Shown one piece after another: positions 57,587 to 64,000 of a stretch of 64,000 bases of DNA. Under the pieces are notes generated by a model. That model searched no databases and was not told where the DNA came from. It saw only the letters and a program-made list of their open reading frames with translations. The stretch covers positions 62,001 through 126,000 of the forward strand of contig CBDAVP010000002.1 of the NCBI GenBank assembly GCA_965201075.1, given 5' to 3'. Position 1 is the first letter of the stretch, and each line of letters begins with the position of its first letter. Position numbers and translations under genes: made by a program. This stretch comes from Isosphaeraceae bacterium. GTDB lineage: Bacteria > Planctomycetota > Planctomycetia > Isosphaerales > Isosphaeraceae.

Positions 57587-58531
57587 GTGCTGGATTTGAG
57601 GATGCGGCTGGGACGTCTGCCACTGGTCAACCCCGTCCTGGTCGCCTCGGGGACGTTCGGCTACGCCCGAGAACTGGCCCCGTTCGTCCGCCTGGGACGT
57701 CTCGGCGGAATCATTCCCAAAACCGTCACCGCCCGCCCCCGCGCCGGCAACGCGACCCCGCGCACCGTCGAGACCGCCGCCGGCCTCCTCAACGCCATCG
57801 GCCTGGATAACGACGGCTTCGACCACTTTCTCGACCATCACCTGCCTTACCTGCGGACTCTCGGCACCGCCATCATCGCCAACATCGCCGGTGAGGACGA
57901 GGACGGCTTCGTCGACATGGCCGCCCGGTTGGAAGGGCGTCCCGGGGTCGCCGCCGTCGAGTTGAACATCTCCTGCCCGAATGTCTCCCACGGCCTGGAC
58001 CTGGGGATCGACGCGGTCGCGGTGCGTCGGCTGATCGCCCGGGTCCGCGACGCCTGCCCCACCTTGCCGCTGATCGCCAAGCTGACACCCAACGTCACCG
58101 ACATCGTCGCCATCGCCAGGGCCGCGGCCGAGGGGGGCGTCGACGCGGTCAGTCTGGTCAACACCTACCGCGGCCTGGTAGTCGACTGGCGACGCCAACG
58201 GCCAATCCTGGCCAACGACGTCGGGGGTCTCAGCGGGCCAGCCATCAAGCCCCTGGCCCTAGCCGCCGTCTGGAACGTCGCCAAGGCCCTGCCCGGCTTG
58301 CCAATCATCGGCATCGGCGGAATCCGCACCGCCGACGACGCCTTGGATTTCCTCATCGCCGGCGCTTCGGCGGTCCAGGTCGGCACCGCCACCTTCTTCG
58401 ACCCCGCCGCCGCCGACCGCCTGGTCGACGACCTCCCCCGACTTCTCGCCGAAGGCTTCCCCAACGCCCAAACCATCGCCGAGGTCGTCGGCTCCCTCCG
58501 CTCCAACCAGGGAAAAGGCAACCACCGCTGA
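57587..58531 (+). CDS. pyrD: Dihydroorotate dehydrogenase, class 1B catalytic subunit
   Basis: NPV.VASGTFG, KTVT..PR.GN, NAIGL.N, ELNISCPNV, KLTPNVTDI, GGLSGPAIKP, GIGGI; GGAGG RBS with GTG. Confidence 0.96.
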   Translation: MLDLRMRLGRLPLVNPVLVASGTFGYARELAPFVRLGRLGGIIPKTVTARPRAGNATPRTVETAAGLLNAIGLDNDGFDHFLDHHLPYLRTLGTAIIANIAGEDEDGFVDMAARLEGRPGVAAVELNISCPNVSHGLDLGIDAVAVRRLIARVRDACPTLPLIAKLTPNVTDIVAIARAAAEGGVDAVSLVNTYRGLVVDWRRQRPILANDVGGLSGPAIKPLALAAVWNVAKALPGLPIIGIGGIRTADDALDFLIAGASAVQVGTATFFDPAAADRLVDDLPRLLAEGFPNAQTIAEVVGSLRSNQGKGNHR

Positions 58532-58542
58532 GCAAGGCCGCC

Positions 58543-59226
58543 TCAACCGGGTCCGCCCTCCCGACGAATGCGATGCAACGTCCCGCGCAACGCCTCGCCC
58601 CGCTCGCCCCTCGCCTCCACAGCGCTCGGGTCGTCGACCAACCCCGCCCTCGCCAGCGCCATCGGCAAATCCTCGGTCGCGACCCGATAAGGCCCCGCCA
58701 CCCAGGCGACCCCCTCCCTGTCCAGCATCCTCGCCAGGACCGAAACCACCAACGGAATCAGCCGGCGCTCATAAAGCACATCGGCCCCAAGGATCAACGG
58801 ATAGGTCCGATCCGGCGGGTCCGTCCAGTCCAGCGGCTCGACGACGTAACGGTCCGTCGTGAATCCATTCGCCAGAGCGCTCCTCGCCAGGTAGGGAAAT
58901 GGAGCCGGTTCATAATCGCTGAACGTGACATGCAGCCCAGCACCAACCCCAGCCAACCCCGCAAGACCCAGACCGCAACCCAGTTCCAACGCCCGGGTTC
59001 CAGGAATCCAACTCGCTCCCGCGACGGCCTCCGCCAGCAGAAACGCCCCGGGCCACAGGTAGGCCCAGTACGGCATGTAATCGTCCCGAGCGTTCCGAGC
59101 CAGAACCGTCGGGTCATTGAGCAATCGGTCCGGGTCCGCCGGGCGAACCAGCCGCAACCGCTTCCCGCCAATCTCCAGGTCGGTCGTAACCTCGGACCCC
59201 AGAAATCCTGCCTCCAATGGCGCCAT
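58543..59226 (-). CDS. Class I SAM-dependent methyltransferase (METTL21/Methyltransf_16-like)
   Basis: PYWA.LWP, LELGCGLGL.GL, SDY, LDW, ILGADVLYE; GGAGG RBS. Confidence 0.88.
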   Translation of the reverse strand: MAPLEAGFLGSEVTTDLEIGGKRLRLVRPADPDRLLNDPTVLARNARDDYMPYWAYLWPGAFLLAEAVAGASWIPGTRALELGCGLGLAGLAGVGAGLHVTFSDYEPAPFPYLARSALANGFTTDRYVVEPLDWTDPPDRTYPLILGADVLYERRLIPLVVSVLARMLDREGVAWVAGPYRVATEDLPMALARAGLVDDPSAVEARGERGEALRGTLHRIRREGGPG

Positions 59227-59256
59227 TCCAAACCTCCACGAGGACCGGCAAATCGT

Positions 59257-59312
59257 TTGACCGCCCCTGGCCGACTGACTTATAATTCTGAAGTTGAGAC
59301 CGAATCTCAACT
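59257..59312 (+). promoter_or_regulatory. Sigma70 promoter with Fur-box-like operator
   Basis: TTGACC (59257) -18 bp- TATAAT (59281), then palindrome AGTTGAGA-CCGAA-TCTCAACT (59292-59312) upstream of iron uptake genes. Confidence 0.7.
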
Positions 59313-59350
59313 CGACCCGCCCGCCGTCTCTCCCCGCCGAGTCGACACGC

Positions 59351-61537
59351 ATGCCCATCTCCCTGCTGCTGTCCATCCTCGTCGCGACCTCCAACGGCGT
59401 CGAGGTTTCCGGGCGGATCGAGATGCCGGCCCTTTGTTCGACCACCCTGTCCCCGGCCGTGGTGGTGCTGGAACCTCGCGAGGGCGCTCGACAGGTCGAA
59501 ACGGCACAGCGGGTCCCCGGCTCGGAGATGATCATCGGCCAGCGAGGGCTCCAGTTCGAGCCCCGAGTCTCCGCCGCGCGACTCGGCCGCACCCTCCGAT
59601 TCACCAACTCCGACACCGAAACGCACAGCGTCCACGTCCAGGGGCAAGGCAACCGCTCGATCGCCCCCGGTCAGCACTGGGAGTTCCAGCCGACCCGACC
59701 CGGGCTCTACACAGTCTCCTGCGACATCCACAGCCACATGCGCGCCTTCGCGGTGGTCGGCGACTCCCCCTGGGTCAAAGCCTGCGACGCCGAGGGCCAG
59801 TTCCGCTTCCGAGACGTCCCACCCGGCGACTATCAACTGAAAGTCTGGCACGAAGCGGGCGGGGGGCTCAAGGTCGAACGCCAGTTCGAGGTCCACGACG
59901 CGGTCGACCTCGGGACAATCTCCGTGGCAGGGCGGCCCCGAACCGTCGCCGTGGTGGCCGGCTCGGCGCAACCGTGGTCCGAGGTCAATGACCAGATCGG
60001 GGTCTACCTGGCCTCATCCTTGAAGGAAGCGGCCCGACCGGGCGGTCTCAAGCGTGCTCGGCAACTGGCTCAGGACGCCTACTTCCAGGCGTTCGAGTTG
60101 TCCAGGATGGAAACGGCCGTCGGCCAGGTCCTCGGCTCCGAGCGTCTCCATGCTCTGGAGGCCCAGTTCAAGGACTTCTTCGGGCCAACGATCGCCGCGG
60201 TCGCCTCTAGGCGAAAAACCAATGCCGACGGCGTGGCCGAAACCCGGGCCCTGTTGCTGGAATTGTCCCGAGCCGCTCACGAACTCGACACCGTCGGAGT
60301 GGTCGACGGGGCCCATCTTGGCGTCAAGGTCGCGACCGCCGCCGAGACTTCCGCCGCCACCAAGGGGGCCGACGTCCGAAGCGCTCAACTGGCGACCCTC
60401 GCCGGAGCGTTCCAGAAGGTCCAGGATCTGGCCAACGCCGGCAAGGCCGATGAGGCGGGATCGACCATGCTCGAATCCTACTTCGGCGCCTTCGAACCCA
60501 TCGAAACGGATCTCCGGGTTCTGGACTTCCCCGCGGTCGCTTCGCTCGAAACGCGGTTCAACGCATTGAGGAGCCAGGTCAACCAGGGCCTGCGTGGCGA
60601 TCCCCTCGCCGCCAGCTTCACCCACTTCCTCAACGACATCACGCGCACGATCCACCGGGCCGACTCCTCCGCCGCCTCGGGCGGATTCACTCCGGCCTTC
60701 CTGGCCTCGCTGGGAATCATCCTGCGAGAAGGGGTCGAGGTCATCCTCCTACTCGGAATGCTCCTGGCCCTGGCGGCGAAGGTCGGCCACGAGGGGGCCC
60801 TCCGTTCGATCCGCTGGGGAGTCGGCCTGGCGGTGGTGGCCAGCGGCTTGACCGCCCTGGCGCTGAACCGGATGCTGGCCGCGACCCAGGGACGCACCCG
60901 CGAGTTGATGGAAGGCGTGGTCATGCTCTCGGCCACCGCCGTGCTGGTCTACGTCAGTTACTGGCTGATCGCCCAGGCCGAATCGAAACGCTGGACCGAC
61001 TATCTGAAACGCCAGGCTCGCAAGGCGGCGGAGGTCGGCGGATTCGGCACGTTGGGGCTGACCGCCTTCCTGGCGATCTATCGGGAAGGGGCCGAAACCG
61101 CCCTGATGTATCAGGCCCAGGCCGTCCTCTTCGGCTCAACTCGCATGGGCGGCATCGGCCTGCTGGCGGGGCTCGGCCTCGGCCTCGTCGTATTGGCGGC
61201 ACTCTACAAGGTCCTGCGAACGGCGACGGTCCGCCTGCCCATGAGGGCCTTCTTCCAGGTCACTGGCCTGATCCTGTTCACGATGGCGGTCATCTTCGCC
61301 GGCAAAGGGGTGGCCGAGTTGCAATCCTGCGGATTCTTGAAAGTGACCCCGCTCGCCTGGCTGGGCCAGGGACTGCCAATCCTGGGGATCTATCCCAACA
61401 CCCAGGTGCTCTCGGTCCAGGGGATTCTGCTGCTGGGCGCTCTGGCCGCCTTCGCCCTGCTCAACGTCCCAAGGGCCGAGCCGACGCCCCTCAGCCCAGG
61501 TTCCTCAAGAGTCGGCACCGCCAGCGTCGGCGTCTAA
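59351..61537 (+). CDS. FTR1 iron permease fused to N-terminal cupredoxin-like/carboxypeptidase-regulatory and helical periplasmic domains
   Basis: REGVE and REGAE motifs in C-terminal TM domain; N-terminal F.NSD...HSVH, CDIHSHM, VPPG.Y.LKVWHE; two Y-F-x-AFE helical repeats. Confidence 0.88.
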   Translation: MPISLLLSILVATSNGVEVSGRIEMPALCSTTLSPAVVVLEPREGARQVETAQRVPGSEMIIGQRGLQFEPRVSAARLGRTLRFTNSDTETHSVHVQGQGNRSIAPGQHWEFQPTRPGLYTVSCDIHSHMRAFAVVGDSPWVKACDAEGQFRFRDVPPGDYQLKVWHEAGGGLKVERQFEVHDAVDLGTISVAGRPRTVAVVAGSAQPWSEVNDQIGVYLASSLKEAARPGGLKRARQLAQDAYFQAFELSRMETAVGQVLGSERLHALEAQFKDFFGPTIAAVASRRKTNADGVAETRALLLELSRAAHELDTVGVVDGAHLGVKVATAAETSAATKGADVRSAQLATLAGAFQKVQDLANAGKADEAGSTMLESYFGAFEPIETDLRVLDFPAVASLETRFNALRSQVNQGLRGDPLAASFTHFLNDITRTIHRADSSAASGGFTPAFLASLGIILREGVEVILLLGMLLALAAKVGHEGALRSIRWGVGLAVVASGLTALALNRMLAATQGRTRELMEGVVMLSATAVLVYVSYWLIAQAESKRWTDYLKRQARKAAEVGGFGTLGLTAFLAIYREGAETALMYQAQAVLFGSTRMGGIGLLAGLGLGLVVLAALYKVLRTATVRLPMRAFFQVTGLILFTMAVIFAGKGVAELQSCGFLKVTPLAWLGQGLPILGIYPNTQVLSVQGILLLGALAAFALLNVPRAEPTPLSPGSSRVGTASVGV

Positions 61538-61572
61538 TGCTTGGGAATTCTTCTCTCGCAACAGGTAATCAC

Positions 61573-62274
61573 ATGAGTCGCTGGGCCGGACCGCTCGTCG
61601 TCGCCGCGATCCTCGCCGGCATCGTCCTGATTCTGGCCCTGAACATCGAGACCGGCGGCTCCTCGGCCATCGTCGCGCCTCCAGGTCAGGGCACCAAGGC
61701 AGCGGTACCCGAAGCCACACAAACCGCATCCGCCAGGGACGATCCCAACCCGGTAACCCCGGCGCCAGGCAAGCCCCTCAGCGAGACGCCCATCGGCGAG
61801 GAGTATCGCGACGACGACCGTCACCTCCGCATCGGCGCCGTCTGGTTGCCGTCAGTAGAGTGGGACGGGCAGAAGGCGCTGACTGGCTCCGATCTGATCC
61901 ACCTGGAAGCCGACGTCAAGGCCAGCGAAAACAACCCCAATGGCTTCTCCAAGTTCGAGTTCATCCCATACCTCAAGATCCGCTACACGATCGAGCCGGT
62001 CGGCGGCGGCGGCGGCGGCGGTGGCCCCAGCCTCCAGGGAGAGTTGCTGCCAATGGTGGCCTCCGACGGCCTCCACTACGGAGCCACCCTCTCCATGCCC
62101 CGCGCCGGCAACTACAAGCTCCGCTACGAGGTTCAACCTCCCTCGTCCGGCGGACTTGGCCGGCATAGCGACCCTTTGACCGGCGTCGCCCCCTGGTGGC
62201 GGCCGTTCACCGCGTCGTTCGACTGGGATTACCAGCCCACGTCGACCACCCCCCCGGCGAAGCCCGCCGGTTGA
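61573..62274 (+). CDS. P19/FetP/Tp34-type periplasmic iron/copper-binding protein
   Basis: IHLEAD, NPNGF, IPYL, PMVASDGLHYG, G.YKL...V.PP, RH.D; alternative coupled start at 61537. Confidence 0.88.
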   Translation: MSRWAGPLVVAAILAGIVLILALNIETGGSSAIVAPPGQGTKAAVPEATQTASARDDPNPVTPAPGKPLSETPIGEEYRDDDRHLRIGAVWLPSVEWDGQKALTGSDLIHLEADVKASENNPNGFSKFEFIPYLKIRYTIEPVGGGGGGGGPSLQGELLPMVASDGLHYGATLSMPRAGNYKLRYEVQPPSSGGLGRHSDPLTGVAPWWRPFTASFDWDYQPTSTTPPAKPAG

Positions 62275-62399
62275 CCCTTGGGACGTACTGGCCGAGGGGG
62301 CTTCGTCGTCAAGGCTACCGGGGACCCGGCTAGCCTCGTTAGAATCGGCCGGATTCCGTTGAGAGTCCGGGGGCCCTGGCCGTGCTCGATTTCGGGTTG

Positions 62400-64000
62400 G
62401 TGAGTGACGACGACGGGCGTGATGTCCTGGAGGTCCCCCTCTCTGGGGTCTCGCTGATGGACTGCCCCACCTTCAACAAGGGAAGCGCCTTCTCCGAGGA
62501 GGAACGCGCCGCCTTCGGCCTCCACGGCCTCTTGCCGCCGCACTCCGGCACGATCGAGGAGCAGCTCGACCGCCGCTACACCGACTTCCTCCAGCGACGC
62601 ACTCCCCTCCAGCAGCACGTCTACCTGCGAGACCTCCAGGATCGCAACGAGATTCTCTTCTATCGGCTCCTCCGCGACCACATCGCCGAGATGATGCCCT
62701 TGATCTACACCCCGGTGGTCGGCGAGGCCTGTGAGCAGTTCAGCCACATCTACCGGAAGCCTCGCGGCCTGTTCGTCTCCTACGACCGCCGCGACGAGAT
62801 TGGCGAAGTCCTGGCCAACCGCCCCTTCCGCGAGGTCGACGTCATCGTCGTGACCGACGGCGAGCGCATTCTCGGCCTGGGCGACCTGGGAGTCGGCGGG
62901 ATGGGCATCCCCGTCGGCAAGCTGTCGCTGTACACCCTCTGCGGAGGGATCCACCCCGCCCGAACCTTGCCGATCTTCCTGGACGTCGGCACCGACAACC
63001 CCGAGGAACTGAACGACCCCCTCTACCTCGGCTACCGCAACCGTCGGATTCGCGGCGACGCCTACGACGAGTTCATCGAGGAATTCGTCCAGGGCGTGCA
63101 AAAGGCGATGCCCGGAGCCCTGCTCCAGTGGGAGGATTTCGCCCTGGCCAACGCCCGCCGGTTGCTCGATCGGTATCGAGACCGGCTCTGCTCGTTCAAC
63201 GATGATATTCAAGGCACGGCGGCGGTGACGGTGGCGGCGATTTTGGCCGCCGCCCGCCTCAACGGCTCGACCCTGGCGGACCAGCGGGTGGTGATCCTGG
63301 GAGCCGGTTCGGCGGGATCAGGGATTGCCGATGGAATCGTGGCGGCGATGGTCGCCGATGGCCTGGCCGAGCCGTTGGCCCTGTCGAGGATCTGGATGGT
63401 CGACCGCAACGGCCTCCTGGTCCAGGGCGTGGCCGACCTCCAGTCCTTCCAGTTGAGGCTCGCCCGGCCCGCCGCCGAGGTTCAGGGCTGGCGACGCGAC
63501 GCCGACCTGGGAGGCATCCCCCTGGACGAAGTGGTCGACCGCGCCAAGCCGTCGGTCCTAATCGGCGCCTCGGGTCACGCGGGGACGTTCACCCAGTCGG
63601 TCATCGCGACAATGGCCCGCCACAACGTCCGTCCAGCGATCTTCCCCCTGTCCAACCCGACGTCTCGCAGCGAGGCCACGCCCGCCGACCTGCTGGCCTG
63701 GACCGGGGGCAGAGCCCTGGTGGCCACCGGCAGCCCGTTCGACCCGGTGACGCTCGACGGCAGGACTATTCACATCTCTCAATGTAACAACGCCTACATT
63801 TTCCCCGGGATGGGTCTGGGGATCGTGGCCTCGAAGGCCAAACGGGTCAGCGACGGGATGTTTCTCGCCGCGGCGAGGGCGCTGGCTCGCACCTCGCCTG
63901 CCCGCGAGAACCCCGACGCCGGCCTGTTCCCCGGCTGGGCACGAATCGACCAGATTTCCCACAAGATCGCCGAAGCCGTGGGTCTCCAGGCCCACCAGGA
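62400..64000 (+). CDS. maeA: NAD-dependent malic enzyme (3' partial, absent from ORF track)
   Basis: Manual translation: NKGSAFS.EER..FGLHGLLPP, IYTPVVGEAC, VTDGERILGLGD, QWEDFA, FNDDIQGT, GAGSAG, PLSNPTS, QCNNAYIFPG; start codon uncertain. Confidence 0.95.
   Translation, partial: MSDDDGRDVLEVPLSGVSLMDCPTFNKGSAFSEEERAAFGLHGLLPPHSGTIEEQLDRRYTDFLQRRTPLQQHVYLRDLQDRNEILFYRLLRDHIAEMMPLIYTPVVGEACEQFSHIYRKPRGLFVSYDRRDEIGEVLANRPFREVDVIVVTDGERILGLGDLGVGGMGIPVGKLSLYTLCGGIHPARTLPIFLDVGTDNPEELNDPLYLGYRNRRIRGDAYDEFIEEFVQGVQKAMPGALLQWEDFALANARRLLDRYRDRLCSFNDDIQGTAAVTVAAILAAARLNGSTLADQRVVILGAGSAGSGIADGIVAAMVADGLAEPLALSRIWMVDRNGLLVQGVADLQSFQLRLARPAAEVQGWRRDADLGGIPLDEVVDRAKPSVLIGASGHAGTFTQSVIATMARHNVRPAIFPLSNPTSRSEATPADLLAWTGGRALVATGSPFDPVTLDGRTIHISQCNNAYIFPGMGLGIVASKAKRVSDGMFLAAARALARTSPARENPDAGLFPGWARIDQISHKIAEAVGLQAHQ

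Noticed and set aside
58480..58531. VGSLR as an encapsulin targeting peptide on PyrD
   Set aside because: Similar endings are normal for class 1B PyrD and no encapsulin gene is present
62002..62025. GGC repeat in the P19 gene as a phase-variation tract
   Set aside because: In-frame triplet repeat coding a Gly loop; slippage would not shift the frame
62229..63995. Minus-strand ORFs at the window end
   Set aside because: The real gene is malic enzyme on +, missing from the track because its stop is outside the window

Overview
GC-rich bacterial chromosome segment, very probably a planctomycete (Isosphaeraceae-like). The assignment is inferred from LEDR-motif, DUF4159, MoxR/VWA and ECF-Ser/Thr kinase gene types, not from a search. 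About 41 genes: DUF1080 hydrolase (partial), ferritin-like protein, an RND adaptor plus two tandem MexF-type permeases, MoaB, family-4 UDG, two Ser/Thr kinases, an RRM/Gly-rich RNA-binding protein, rhomboid and GT39-like membrane proteins, a MoxR-DUF58-VWA cluster, GH1, a ~2940 aa cyclic beta-1,2-glucan synthase, an ABC exporter, an ECF sigma factor, GH15, PyrD, a methyltransferase, an iron uptake pair and malic enzyme (partial). No tRNA, rRNA, CRISPR array or transposase was seen. Most notable: (1) an FTR1 permease fused to a cupredoxin-like domain with His/Cys/His/Met ligands, next to a P19 protein and behind a Fur-box-like palindrome; (2) a family of hairpin repeats with regularly spaced mismatches, present as a 5-copy ~134 bp array upstream of the ECF-kinase pair, a solo copy and a REPIN-like inverted-repeat form; (3) an apparent gene-conversion tract between the two RND permeases. 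All family calls come from motif recognition by eye.
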